A DNA stretch of 60,167 nucleotides from an uncultured Eubacteriales bacterium (GTDB lineage: Bacteria > Bacillota > Clostridia > Oscillospirales > Oscillospiraceae), in NCBI GenBank assembly GCA_949746985.1, contig CATKDV010000165.1, positions 1 to 60,167 of the forward strand, given 5' to 3'. This document shows positions 9,013 through 19,056 of the stretch, piece after piece; within the stretch, counting starts at the first letter, position 1; each line of letters starts with the position of its first letter. The notes below the pieces were generated by a model. That model was not told where the DNA came from, did no database searches, and worked only from the letters and a program-made list of their open reading frames with translations. The translations under genes and the position numbers were made by a program.

Positions 9013-10329
9013 TTATCCCTTCTTGCGGAGCTTGGCGATAAAAAATCCATCTGTGCCGTGGCGGTGGGGCCAGAGAGTCACCATGCCCTCCGTCTGTCCT
9101 ATGGGCCCCGGCAGAGAGAAGGCCTCCAATGTAAAGTTGTTTTCCTTTCTATCGAACCAAGTCACCACATCCTCATTCTCCCGGGGCAGCAGTGTGCACG
9201 TGGCATAGAGCAGCACACCGCCGGGACGGACGTAGCGGGAAGCGTTGGAGAGGATATCCCTCTGCACAGAGGGCAAGCCCTCCAGGGGCTTGGGGTCCTT
9301 ATACCGGATATCCGGCTTCTTCCGGATGATGCCAAGACCGGAGCAGGGCACATCGGTGATAACGATGTCAAAACGGTTTTCCAGCGCCGGGTCAAATTCT
9401 CTGCCGTCCATGACGGCTGTGGTAATGCAGTTTAACCCCAGTCGTTTGGCCCCCGTCTCTATCAGCCGTTGCTTGTGGGGATGCAGGTCGCAGGAGAATA
9501 TTTCCTCCCGATCCCGCATTTGAATGGCGGCGGCGAAGGACTTCCCGCCGGGGGCGGCGCAGGCGTCCAACACCCTCATCCCCGGCGCTGCCCCTGAGGC
9601 CAACACCGCCAGGCGGGCGGCTGCATCCTGGACATAGAAGCGCCCCTCCCGAAAGGCGGGCAGTTCTTCCAGGTTTCCTGTTCCCTCCAACTCCAGGCAA
9701 TCAGCCAGCCAGGGGTGGGAATGCACCGTGACCCCCGCTTCCGTCAATTCCTTCAACAGGGCCGGAGCAGAAGTTTTCAGCGTATTCACCTGTGCCTGGA
9801 CCGGTGGCTGGGAATTATTTGCCGCCAACAGAGTTTCTACCTCATCTGCCGGAAGTATATTGAAAAACTCCTTTACAAGCCAATCGGGATGGCTGTACCG
9901 GACCGACAGTTCCTCCGGCTGAGGCAACCCTTCCATCCTGGCTCTGTCAAAGGCTCGTAAAACAGCGTTCACCAGGGCGGATACTCGGGGATTGTGGGAA
10001 AATCTCTTCGCCAGACCCACCGATTCGTTCACTGCGGCATGGACCGGCACCCGGTCCATAAAAAGCATCTGATAGACCCCCAGGCGAAGGCAGTCCAACA
10101 CGGCAGGCTCCATCTTTTCCAATGGTACAGAGGACAGCCGCCCAATGTGCCAATCCAGCAGCATCCGGTTTTGAAGTATTCCGAAGGCCAGCCGGGTACA
10201 GAGCGCCGCATCCCGACCGGAAAGCTTTTCTTTGCCAATGGCATTACGGAGATACCCATCGGACCAGGCCCCCTGTCTCTCTCCTGCCAACAGGCACCTC
10301 AAAGCAACCTCTCTGGCTGAAGCGCCCAT
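9013..10329 (-). CDS. rsmB: 16S rRNA m5C967 methyltransferase
   Basis: NusB-like N-terminus, DACAAPGGKS, DVPCSG, YATCT. Start moved to ATG 10329, which overlaps the fmt stop (TAATG). Confidence 0.95.
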   Translation of the reverse strand: MGASAREVALRCLLAGERQGAWSDGYLRNAIGKEKLSGRDAALCTRLAFGILQNRMLLDWHIGRLSSVPLEKMEPAVLDCLRLGVYQMLFMDRVPVHAAVNESVGLAKRFSHNPRVSALVNAVLRAFDRARMEGLPQPEELSVRYSHPDWLVKEFFNILPADEVETLLAANNSQPPVQAQVNTLKTSAPALLKELTEAGVTVHSHPWLADCLELEGTGNLEELPAFREGRFYVQDAAARLAVLASGAAPGMRVLDACAAPGGKSFAAAIQMRDREEIFSCDLHPHKQRLIETGAKRLGLNCITTAVMDGREFDPALENRFDIVITDVPCSGLGIIRKKPDIRYKDPKPLEGLPSVQRDILSNASRYVRPGGVLLYATCTLLPRENEDVVTWFDRKENNFTLEAFSLPGPIGQTEGMVTLWPHRHGTDGFFIAKLRKKG

Positions 10330-11252
10330 TAAAGAGGCCTCCCCACATCCACCGGATGGCCCCGAAGGTAATCCGCCGAACCCATCCGCTTGCCTCCGTC
10401 GGGTTGGAGCTCCCTGATCCGCAAGGCCCCCTCTCCGCACGCCACCAGGAGGCCATTCTTCCCAGCCTCCAGCACAGTCCCAGGGGCTCCTCCCCCCTCT
10501 TCCACACAGGTGGAAAGCACCTTACATCGCACACCATTTACCTGCGTGACAGCGGCCGGCCAGGGAAACAGGCCCCGGACCTGGTCGTGAAGAGCCTGGG
10601 CCGGTTTGAGAAAGTCCATGGGGGACAGATCCTTTGACAGCATGGGCGCCAGTGTTACCACTCCCTCATCCTGGGGGGTGCGACCGGCGGTCCCCGACTC
10701 TAAGGCCGAAACGGTCTCCGTCAAAAGCTTTCCTCCCATCTCCGCCAGACGAGCGGTGAGGACCGGGGCTGACTCATCAGGTCCGATCCGGGTAGTGGCC
10801 TGGGCTATGATATCCCCCGCATCCAAAGCCGCCGCCATATGCATAATGGTGACTCCCGTCTCCTTGTCTCCGTTCAAAATGGCCCAATTGATAGGCGCCG
10901 CTCCCCGGTACTTAGGAAGCAGAGAGGAGTGGACGTTGATACAGCCCATTGGCGGACAGTCCAGGATCTCCTGGGGCAGAAGACGTCCATAAGCCGCCAC
11001 TACGATAAGCTGGGGAGCCAGCTCCCGGATGAGCCCCAGAGCTGTTCCGTCCCGTAGTTTTACCGGCTGAAATACGGGAATACCATGCGCCAATGCGCAC
11101 TCCTTCACCGGGGGCGCTTGAAGCTTGTTCTGATGCCGCCCCACCGGCTTGTCCGGCTGGCAGAACACGCCGCAAATAGCATGTCCTGCAACAATAAGAG
11201 CCTCCAGAGAGGGAACGGCAAACTCCGGAGTACCCATGAACAGGATCCTCAC
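10329..11252 (-). CDS. fmt: Methionyl-tRNA formyltransferase
   Basis: FMGTPEFA, NVHSSLLPKYRGAAP, DAGD. Confidence 0.97.
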   Translation of the reverse strand: MRILFMGTPEFAVPSLEALIVAGHAICGVFCQPDKPVGRHQNKLQAPPVKECALAHGIPVFQPVKLRDGTALGLIRELAPQLIVVAAYGRLLPQEILDCPPMGCINVHSSLLPKYRGAAPINWAILNGDKETGVTIMHMAAALDAGDIIAQATTRIGPDESAPVLTARLAEMGGKLLTETVSALESGTAGRTPQDEGVVTLAPMLSKDLSPMDFLKPAQALHDQVRGLFPWPAAVTQVNGVRCKVLSTCVEEGGGAPGTVLEAGKNGLLVACGEGALRIRELQPDGGKRMGSADYLRGHPVDVGRPL

Positions 11253-11755
11253 GACCGTTTTCCCTTCCTCTCCTCTTCCTCCATGATGCGCTCTACTTCC
11301 TCGCTGGTATAGATGTGATCCACATGTTCTGTAAAGACATGGCCATCTAAATGCTCGATCTCATGGCAGAAACACCGGGCCACAATGCCCTCTCCTCCTG
11401 TCTCAAACCAGTTTCCTTTCCGGTCTTGGGCTTTCACTCTGACCGTCTCAGGACGCTTAACATAGCCCCAGAGCCCCGGAACAGAGAGACACCCCTCCAG
11501 TCCATCCTGCTCCCCCTCCTGAAATATGAGCTCGGGATTCACCAGCTCCAACAGCTCCTCATCCTTCCCGTAGAGCACCACTACGCGCCGAAGGATCCCG
11601 ACTTGGGGGGCGGCCAGTCCGGCGCCATTGGCGCTTATCAGGGTCTCCCGCATATCGTCGATCAAATCGCTGAGTTTATCGTCAAACCGAGTGATGGAGT
11701 GACACTTTTTATGAAGCGCTGGATCCTGGTCGGTCAATATCTCTCGAATCGCCAT
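11249..11755 (-). CDS. def: Peptide deformylase
   Basis: GAGLAAPQVG, EGCLS, HEIEHLDG. The start could instead be 11761. Confidence 0.96.
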   Translation of the reverse strand: MAIREILTDQDPALHKKCHSITRFDDKLSDLIDDMRETLISANGAGLAAPQVGILRRVVVLYGKDEELLELVNPELIFQEGEQDGLEGCLSVPGLWGYVKRPETVRVKAQDRKGNWFETGGEGIVARCFCHEIEHLDGHVFTEHVDHIYTSEEVERIMEEEERKGKRS

Positions 11756-11767
11756 AATCATTTCTCC

Positions 11768-14242
11768 TTATCCGTTCATAGGGTCTACATCGGCATTGAT
11801 GGAAACTCCCCGGTTTTTTTTATCCATCTGGGCACAGCGCACCAAATGAGCCACCAGTTCCCGGACCTTTCTGGTATTCTGGGCTGTCAATGTCAAGCGG
11901 TACCGGTAACGGTTATTCACCTTTGCCACAGCGGCAGGCACCGGGCCCAACACCTGACAGGAAAGGTCCTGGTAGGCCGGCCCACTCAGCCACTGACACA
12001 GAGTATCCCGAAGAAAAGCGCTGACCCGCAGGGCTTGTCCTTCTTCCGGACCCGAAATGTGGATCACAAAGAAGGTCGTAAAAGGCGGACAGCCACGCAG
12101 CCGGCGCAAACCGATCTCTTCCGCGTAAAAATGATCGTAGTCCTGTCTGGCAGCTGCCAGGATCACATCGTTTTCCGGGGTGTATGTCTGGATGATCGCT
12201 CTTCCCTCTTTGCTGCCTCGCCCAGCTCGGCCAACCACTTGAGTGATCAGAGAGAAGGTCCGCTCTCCCGCCCGGTAATCATCCAGATACAGCCCCTGAT
12301 CGGCTGAGATCACGCCTACCAAAGTCACATTTTCAAAATCAAGACCTTTTGCTACCATCTGAGTCCCCACCAAAATGGGGATCTTTTTCTCCCGGAATCG
12401 GGCGAGCATTTTTTCGTGGGAGCGGCTGGCAGTCGTGGTATCCGCATCCATCCGCATGACCTCCACCCCGGGGAACCTTTGGTGAAGCTCCTCCTCCACC
12501 CGTTGGGTCCCCACTCCTACATACTCCAAGGCCCCGCCGCAGTCCGGACAGGAATTGGGCAACGGCTCTGAATGTCCACAGTAATGGCACATAAGCCGCC
12601 GATTGGCGGAATGATAGGTCAGATAAGCCGAACAGCGGGGACAGGAGGGGACCTGTCCGCAGGAGACGCAGGTCACCATAGGACTGGCCCCCCGGCGGTT
12701 GAGAAACAGAATGCTCTGCTCGCCCCGCTCCAAATTTTCCTCCAGGGCCTGAACCAGAGGGTAACTGAGCGACGTGGGATTTCCCGCCCGAAGCTCTTCC
12801 TTCAAATCCGCCAGAAACACCTTGGGCAATACCTTAGCATTATACCGGTGGGGCAGAGTAAACAGGTGATAATCTCCCTGTTTCGCGTGATACATGGTCT
12901 CCACCGAGGGTGTGGCTGACCCGAGCACCAGTAACGCTCCGTTCTGGCTGGCCCGGTATTTTGCTACATCCCGGGCATGATAGCGGGGTATGTTTTCCGA
13001 CTTATAACTTCCCTCCTGCTCCTCATCCAAAATAATGAGTCCCAGATTTTTGAGCGGAGCAAATATAGCGGATCGGGTCCCGATGACCACCCGGGCTTTC
13101 CCAGCCCTGGCCCGCTTCCATTCATCATACCGCTCCCCCGCAGGAAGAGAACTGTGGAGCACGGCCACTTCCTCTCCAAAATAGGAAGTGAAAACGGCCA
13201 TAAGCTGAGGGGTAAGCGCGATCTCAGGAACCAGTGTGAGTGCCGTACGACCTCGTTTCAAGGTTTCCTGGATCAGGCGGAGATATATCTGAGTTTTGCC
13301 GCTGCCCGTAACTCCGTAGAGCAAAGCTGCGGCAGCTCTCCCTCTCTCCGCCAGGGCATCCAGCCCTTCAAACGCCGTCTGCTGCTCTGTGTTCAAGCAG
13401 ATGGGGGCAGCTTCCTTGACTGTGCTCACTGTCTCCCGGCGGTATGCTTCCCGCTCTTCGATCGTCACAAGTCCGGCCTTCTCCAGTGATTTTAAGGTAG
13501 AGTTAGTGGCTCCGGTAAAATAGCAGATCTCCTTCGCCGAACCTTCTCCCATACCAGCCAGTAATTCAACCACCGAATAGCGCAAAGGTCCTGTTTTTCG
13601 TTTTGGCGCAAGTTGGGACAACGCTTCCTCTCCGGGGACTGCCAGCGCGACCCACTTTTCAGTCCGATCCCCCACCCCACGGAGCGCACTGGTACTCAGG
13701 GTCAAGATCCCCTTCTCTCTCAATGAGCGAAGGGCGGGGGTTGGATCTTTAGCCCCAAAAGCCTCCCGGATATGGACTGTCTCCAGCCCATGTAGATGGG
13801 AGGCTACCAATTCCACTATCCTCCGCTCTGTCTTCGAGCGTCCTGCCGCTTCCAGAGCTGCATCCTTTTCCACTCCTTCAGCCAGCTTATAGCAATCCTG
13901 AAGCGAGTAGTATAACCCCGCAGGCAGCATGGCTCTGGCGGCGTCGTATACGGTACAGAACCACCGCTCCCGGATCCAAAGTGCCAGACGGAGCCCTTCC
14001 GCATCCAGGACCGGCTGCTGGTCCAGACGGGTGAGAATGCTTTTCAGCGGCTTTTCTGTCTGCTCTTTCTCCTCCACCGACAGCACCAATCCCTCCACCC
14101 GGCGATTTCCCGCGCCAAAAGGGACAATGACCCGAACGCCGGCAGGCAGAGGATACATCTCCTCAGGGATCTGGTAATCATAGGGCCGGTCAATGGCATA
14201 GGTCGCCGCTGACAGAACGATCTTGGCGATCCGTATTGACAT
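11768..14242 (-). CDS. priA: Primosomal protein N'
   Basis: GVTGSGKT, DEEQ, double Zn fingers, QVVGRAGR. Confidence 0.97.
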   Translation of the reverse strand: MSIRIAKIVLSAATYAIDRPYDYQIPEEMYPLPAGVRVIVPFGAGNRRVEGLVLSVEEKEQTEKPLKSILTRLDQQPVLDAEGLRLALWIRERWFCTVYDAARAMLPAGLYYSLQDCYKLAEGVEKDAALEAAGRSKTERRIVELVASHLHGLETVHIREAFGAKDPTPALRSLREKGILTLSTSALRGVGDRTEKWVALAVPGEEALSQLAPKRKTGPLRYSVVELLAGMGEGSAKEICYFTGATNSTLKSLEKAGLVTIEEREAYRRETVSTVKEAAPICLNTEQQTAFEGLDALAERGRAAAALLYGVTGSGKTQIYLRLIQETLKRGRTALTLVPEIALTPQLMAVFTSYFGEEVAVLHSSLPAGERYDEWKRARAGKARVVIGTRSAIFAPLKNLGLIILDEEQEGSYKSENIPRYHARDVAKYRASQNGALLVLGSATPSVETMYHAKQGDYHLFTLPHRYNAKVLPKVFLADLKEELRAGNPTSLSYPLVQALEENLERGEQSILFLNRRGASPMVTCVSCGQVPSCPRCSAYLTYHSANRRLMCHYCGHSEPLPNSCPDCGGALEYVGVGTQRVEEELHQRFPGVEVMRMDADTTTASRSHEKMLARFREKKIPILVGTQMVAKGLDFENVTLVGVISADQGLYLDDYRAGERTFSLITQVVGRAGRGSKEGRAIIQTYTPENDVILAAARQDYDHFYAEEIGLRRLRGCPPFTTFFVIHISGPEEGQALRVSAFLRDTLCQWLSGPAYQDLSCQVLGPVPAAVAKVNNRYRYRLTLTAQNTRKVRELVAHLVRCAQMDKKNRGVSINADVDPMNG

Positions 14243-14301
14243 TCCAGCCCCTCCCTTCCCCGAAAAACAAGCGCCTGGGCCGCGCCCCGGCGCTTATCTT
14301 C

Positions 14302-14496
14302 TTAGTCCTTCCCGGTCTCAGCCTCTCCCGCCGCTACCTTCTGCAGAGCCAGGGTAACAGGCTTTTCCATCAGGGGATATCCTTCGTCCTCCGCCTGACT
14401 GGCGATCTGGCGGGCCTCATGGGCCACCACGTTCACCAATTGATAGCGGCTCGGAACCTGCTTTAAAAGATTTTTCATCGGAGGGTCCAGCATCAT
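14302..14496 (-). CDS. rpoZ: RNA polymerase omega subunit
   Basis: SRYQLVNVVAHEARQI...KPVTLAL; lies after gmk. Confidence 0.92.
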   Translation of the reverse strand: MMLDPPMKNLLKQVPSRYQLVNVVAHEARQIASQAEDEGYPLMEKPVTLALQKVAAGEAETGKD

Positions 14497-14502
14497 AGGT
14501 CA

Positions 14503-15111
14503 TCAAACTCCTTCCATTAATTCCTTTCGATATTTGGTTCGGCACCCCTCTGCCGTCAAGATCGCCATGATCTCTCCGGCAGCCTGGGGGACCTTATCAT
14601 TCACAACTAAATAATCATAGTTGGGAATTTCTTTCCACTCTTCCCGGGCCTTTTGCAGTCTCCCCTGAATGACCTCTTCGTCGTCAGTGTGGCGGCCATG
14701 GAGGCGTCGGGACAATTCCTCAAAGGATGGGGGCATTATAAAAATCAGCACTGCATCAGGACATTTTTCCCGGACCTTAGCCGCCCCTTGGACCTCAATG
14801 TCTAACAGCACATCGGTACCCTCATCCAGCTTCTCCCGGATCAGCTTCAGAGACGTCCCATAATAATTATCTACATATTGAGCGTGTTCCAAAAACTCGT
14901 CCCGAGCGATCATTTCCTCAAAGATCTCTTTCGAAACAAAATAATAGTTCACGCCATCCGCCTCGCCTACCCGTGGTTTCCGGGTCGTGAAAGAGACTGA
15001 AAAATACATGTCTGGGCGTTCACTCAAAAGCTCAGCGATCACCGTACTCTTTCCAACCCCCGAGGGGCCGGAAAGTACAATGAGCTGTCCCCGCTGTTTC
15101 TTCGGCGTCAT
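14503..15111 (-). CDS. gmk: Guanylate kinase
   Basis: [20 protein letters not shown]. Start ATG 15111 overlaps the remA stop (ATGA). Confidence 0.96.
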   Translation of the reverse strand: MTPKKQRGQLIVLSGPSGVGKSTVIAELLSERPDMYFSVSFTTRKPRVGEADGVNYYFVSKEIFEEMIARDEFLEHAQYVDNYYGTSLKLIREKLDEGTDVLLDIEVQGAAKVREKCPDAVLIFIMPPSFEELSRRLHGRHTDDEEVIQGRLQKAREEWKEIPNYDYLVVNDKVPQAAGEIMAILTAEGCRTKYRKELMEGV

Positions 15112-15374
15112 GTGAGTTCCTCCTCGCTGGTCTCTATCTCTTTTCCGGCCATCCGAGCCGACACCGTCTCCGGCTGAAGTGCAGAGAGGACGATATGTCC
15201 GCTGTCCATAATGAGCACTGCCCGCGTCCGGCGCCCATAAGTGGCATCGATCAGACATCCGGATTCCCGGGCCTCTTGGATCATCCGTTTTACAGGGGCT
15301 GAATCAGGGCCGATCACAGAAATAAGCCGCTGCGGAGAAACCATGTTGCCAAACCCAATGTTCACCAACTTCAT
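15108..15374 (-). CDS. remA: RemA/DUF370 regulator
   Basis: [32 protein letters not shown]; located between yicC and gmk. Confidence 0.93.
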   Translation of the reverse strand: MKLVNIGFGNMVSPQRLISVIGPDSAPVKRMIQEARESGCLIDATYGRRTRAVLIMDSGHIVLSALQPETVSARMAGKEIETSEEELT

Positions 15375-15393
15375 CCCGGTTCCTCCTCTTCTG

Positions 15394-16284
15394 CTATTCG
15401 ATATTCTGGACCTGCTCCCGGATCTTCTCGATCTCCCCCTTAATGTCCACCACCAGACGGGAGGTCTCAATATCACTGCACTTAGAGCCAATGGTATTGG
15501 CTTCCCGGTTAAACTCCTGAATCAAAAAATCCAGTTTTCTCCCAATGGCCCCTCCCTGCTCCAGCATTTCGTGAAGCTGAGACAGGTGGGAACGCAAACG
15601 CACCGTCTCCTCGTCAACCGCCACCTTGTCAGCGTATATGGCTGCCTCCGTTAGGATGCGGCTCTCGTCGATCTGTGTGCTGCCCAAAACCTCCTGCAGC
15701 TTGGAGATCAGCTTAGCCCTGTAGTCTGCTACATTCCCCGGGGCCCGCTCCTCCACCTTGCTAAGAAGGAAGGAGATCGTCTCTGCCCGGGCGCATATAT
15801 CCTCCTCCAGTTTCTGTCCCTCAGTCTGACGCATGGCAGTATGATTTCCAAGAGCCTCCTCCGTCACAGCGCAGAGGTCGGCCGCAATACTTTCCAAGTC
15901 CTCCTCTGATTTTGTGACGGTGAGCACATCAGGAAGACGGGCCAGGTCGGTAACGGTATAATCCGGCATAACAGCTTCCCCAGCCAATTTCTTCAATTGT
16001 TCCAACGCGAGTACATAGCTTTTTGCTAACAGGGTATTGACTGTGATCACGGATTCTTCCGCTCCGGCGGACTCTACCGTAATGAATACATCCACCTTAC
16101 CCCGGCCCACATTTTTCTGTACCAAGGTCTTGATCGCATCCTCCGCAAAGATATAGGCTCGGGGCATCTTCACCGTACAGTCCAGATAGCGGTTGTTGAC
16201 GCTGCGAAGCTCCACAGTGATATTCCGCCCGTTTCGGGACTGCTTCGCCCTTCCGTAGCCGGTCATACTTTTGATCACTGACAA
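15394..16284 (-). CDS. yloC: YicC/YloC family endoribonuclease
   Basis: [43 protein letters not shown]. Confidence 0.95.
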   Translation of the reverse strand: MSVIKSMTGYGRAKQSRNGRNITVELRSVNNRYLDCTVKMPRAYIFAEDAIKTLVQKNVGRGKVDVFITVESAGAEESVITVNTLLAKSYVLALEQLKKLAGEAVMPDYTVTDLARLPDVLTVTKSEEDLESIAADLCAVTEEALGNHTAMRQTEGQKLEEDICARAETISFLLSKVEERAPGNVADYRAKLISKLQEVLGSTQIDESRILTEAAIYADKVAVDEETVRLRSHLSQLHEMLEQGGAIGRKLDFLIQEFNREANTIGSKCSDIETSRLVVDIKGEIEKIREQVQNIE

Positions 16285-16332
16285 CGCTTCCTTTCCAGCT
16301 TTAATGTAGCGATACTTCTGAAACCATATCCC

Positions 16333-16935
16333 TCAGCAGCAAGGTCCTCCCCAGGGAGTCAAACAGCTGATACACAAATAGGTCGTGCAAGGGTCATCAC
16401 AGGCCCCGCCTCCATATCCGGCAGGACGATACCGGGTCCCGCCCTGCTGCATCATGGACATGGCCTGCCGGTACTCAGGATTCCCAGGCTCCATAGTGCA
16501 GGCAGTCCGAAAATGCTGGCTGGCCTCATCCAGCCACCCCTTGCGGTAGGCTAAGTAGCCGTATAAAAAATGCCACTCTGCAGACTGTTGGGGGGCAGCG
16601 CGCAGCAGCTGCTCTGCCCGGCTAAGATCCCCCATATTGATGCACTGGCGTATCTGGGCAAACACACTATCCCCGGAGGACTGCTGCTGATAGGCATATT
16701 GTCCTTGATATTGCTGGCCCTGGGCACTGCCATAAGCCTGTCCCCCTGAGCGGGAACGGGTAATGGCATCATAAGCCTCATTGACCTCTTTCATTTTCTC
16801 CTCAGCCAGATCTGCCAAAGGATTGTTCTGATAATTGTCCGGATGATACTTCCGAGCCAACTCCCGGTAGGCTCTCTTTATTTCCTCGTCACTGGCAGAG
16901 GGGTCTACTCCCAACACATTATAAGGATCGTTCAT
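16333..16935 (-). CDS. J-domain protein with TPR-like middle and Cys-rich C-terminal tail
   Basis: J domain with HPD ([11 protein letters not shown]); AEWHFLYG...EPGNPEY TPR-like repeat; tail [22 protein letters not shown]. Confidence 0.9.
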   Translation of the reverse strand: MNDPYNVLGVDPSASDEEIKRAYRELARKYHPDNYQNNPLADLAEEKMKEVNEAYDAITRSRSGGQAYGSAQGQQYQGQYAYQQQSSGDSVFAQIRQCINMGDLSRAEQLLRAAPQQSAEWHFLYGYLAYRKGWLDEASQHFRTACTMEPGNPEYRQAMSMMQQGGTRYRPAGYGGGACDDPCTTYLCISCLTPWGGPCC

Positions 16936-17807
16936 CCCTTGTTTCTCCTACGTTTCTTTTGATATTCCCGCCATTTTCCAGAAAAGACCAACTCTTCCAC
17001 TGTCGGCAGGCCACTATATATAATGTTTTCCAACACAGGACTCCAAATGGTAACTGGCAACAATTGAAAGGCCGCTCCCACCAACGCCAATGAGTGATCC
17101 ATATTGTGGCGGAGATAATCCCGGTCCTCCTGACTCCATTCCGGAAACCTGGCGGCCACCGGATTGTAATTACCCGTCTTTTTGTCCTCAGTCAAATCAT
17201 CTACTGCGTCGATCAGATAGATCCACCGTCCCAGATGATACAGAAGCTGCTGCCGGGACCGGTCCAGCCCCATCTCCCCAACGGTGGGCGCCGCCGCCTG
17301 CAAAATCCGAGCAAAGCAGTCCGCCGTTTGGTCAATAGAGGGGCTTTTGTGTCTCTCCAACTCCCGCAGTTCTGCCAAAAGTCGGGCAGTCTGGACATCA
17401 AATTCCAGACATCCGCCCCTTGCTTGGTGATAACCAGGCCTTAAGAACAGGCCTAAAAACCGGGCCGATAAACGGGTAAGGAACCCACCATCCGCCACCG
17501 CATCCCGCAGTTTCCACCAGGTCAGGACTACGCTCTCCCCCGCAGCGGTCTCCATCCAGCCCCCGCCTTTGCAGGCCGTCTTTCCTCTCACCGGATGAAG
17601 CGGACATTTCACACACTCTGTCGGTCTAACCGTCTCTTCAGAATCCAACAGCATAGCAAGAAACACAAAATCATAGTTGAGAAACAGGCGGGATATCGCC
17701 CCATACCGCTTTTTCATGGTGAGACAAAGCCCACAGTAGGCGGCTTCGTACCTCTCCCGGTCAGCCTGAGGGAGCATATCCTCCCTGGCTCGCACATAGC
17801 CAAACAT
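16932..17807 (-). CDS. DUF5685 family protein
   Basis: MFGYV start, [34 protein letters not shown]. Stop overlaps the J-domain start (ATGA). Confidence 0.82.
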   Translation of the reverse strand: MFGYVRAREDMLPQADRERYEAAYCGLCLTMKKRYGAISRLFLNYDFVFLAMLLDSEETVRPTECVKCPLHPVRGKTACKGGGWMETAAGESVVLTWWKLRDAVADGGFLTRLSARFLGLFLRPGYHQARGGCLEFDVQTARLLAELRELERHKSPSIDQTADCFARILQAAAPTVGEMGLDRSRQQLLYHLGRWIYLIDAVDDLTEDKKTGNYNPVAARFPEWSQEDRDYLRHNMDHSLALVGAAFQLLPVTIWSPVLENIIYSGLPTVEELVFSGKWREYQKKRRRNKG

Positions 17808-17820
17808 CCGTCCGGCCCCG

Positions 17821-19056
17821 CTACTGGCGAACAACGGACACTACAATATTGTAATCGCCCACTACCCCAACGTCATTGCGCCCATTCAAATAGACCTTCA
17901 CCGGAATGGTTTGGGTCCCCGTAGCCGTCACTGTATTTGCCAGATCCGCCACGATAAGAAGTTGAGACGCCGCCACCGCATTCACCGCATCTGCCGCCCC
18001 CCGGATCTGGATCTGCCGGGTCTGGGTTACCGCGCTGGCAGTATAACCCTCAGGGCAGTGGATCAGCTCAATATTATTCACTTCCAGAGTCGCAGTGGTA
18101 AGCCCTTCCATTGTAAGGGCTACCGTCGCCTCAGCGACTCCGCTTACGTTCGTGAGCTCAGAGGAGAGCGTTATGGGGAAGGTCAACATATCGCTGCCCA
18201 TTACCTTGGCAAGGTCTATATCCCCCAGAGAGATCTCCTTCAAGGGCTCCAGATCCGCAGGAGCACCGGAAACCACGATGCTTTCCGGCTCTATATCTAC
18301 CTTCACATTTTTATCGGTAGCGCCGCCGCCAGGAATAATATTGACGGTCAGCGGCACCTCCTTCAACTGGAAAACGGGCAGCGTGGTCCGTATCAGGGTG
18401 TCGCTTGTCTCCAACCCTGCCGGATCCATCACATCCCCTGTAAAGGTGACAAAGACATAGGGCAAATCTCCGTTATATGTCTCAGACATATCCTCCTGGT
18501 CTAATGTTACCAGAGCATAGTCAATTTGATTTACCAGCGCTTCCTCTCCGCGGACCTCCAAAGTCTCAGGAGTAAAACTGAATTCTCCGACCTGATACCC
18601 CTCTGCCACGCTTCCTGTGGAGGTACCCCGAATCGGGATCGTACGGGTAGCCTGACGGACCACAGTGAAGGACACTGTCTGGGGATATCGGTCCATAATA
18701 GCTACAGAATTGAAGGAAACACCAGGGGGGGGACTGTAGGAAACCTGATACTCACTGGAATATTGTCCCGGCTGTGTGATAGAGGATACATCTATGGTGA
18801 CGGAGACCGTGTCTGCGGACAAGGCCAGAAGCGCATCCCGCTTGCCGGTGACGTTAAGGGTAACCGTCTGCTCCAGCCCGCTGGTGATCATCAACTCCCG
18901 GCTTTCCAGCACATTGGTCCCTGCAAAGGTAACTGGCAAATTCCGCACCGGCCCCGAACTATCCGGGTTCAGCGCCCCCACCACATAGGTCCACAGGCCA
19001 ATGGCCACCAAGACGGAGACGACCATATAAAGACCTTTATTTTTTTGTCTCTCCAT
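17821..19056 (-). CDS. cdaR: CdaR/YbbR family diadenylate cyclase regulator
   Basis: N-terminal TM (VSVLVAIGLWTYV) followed by YbbR-like beta repeats; overlaps the end of cdaA. Confidence 0.88.
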   Translation of the reverse strand: MERQKNKGLYMVVSVLVAIGLWTYVVGALNPDSSGPVRNLPVTFAGTNVLESRELMITSGLEQTVTLNVTGKRDALLALSADTVSVTIDVSSITQPGQYSSEYQVSYSPPPGVSFNSVAIMDRYPQTVSFTVVRQATRTIPIRGTSTGSVAEGYQVGEFSFTPETLEVRGEEALVNQIDYALVTLDQEDMSETYNGDLPYVFVTFTGDVMDPAGLETSDTLIRTTLPVFQLKEVPLTVNIIPGGGATDKNVKVDIEPESIVVSGAPADLEPLKEISLGDIDLAKVMGSDMLTFPITLSSELTNVSGVAEATVALTMEGLTTATLEVNNIELIHCPEGYTASAVTQTRQIQIRGAADAVNAVAASQLLIVADLANTVTATGTQTIPVKVYLNGRNDVGVVGDYNIVVSVVRQ

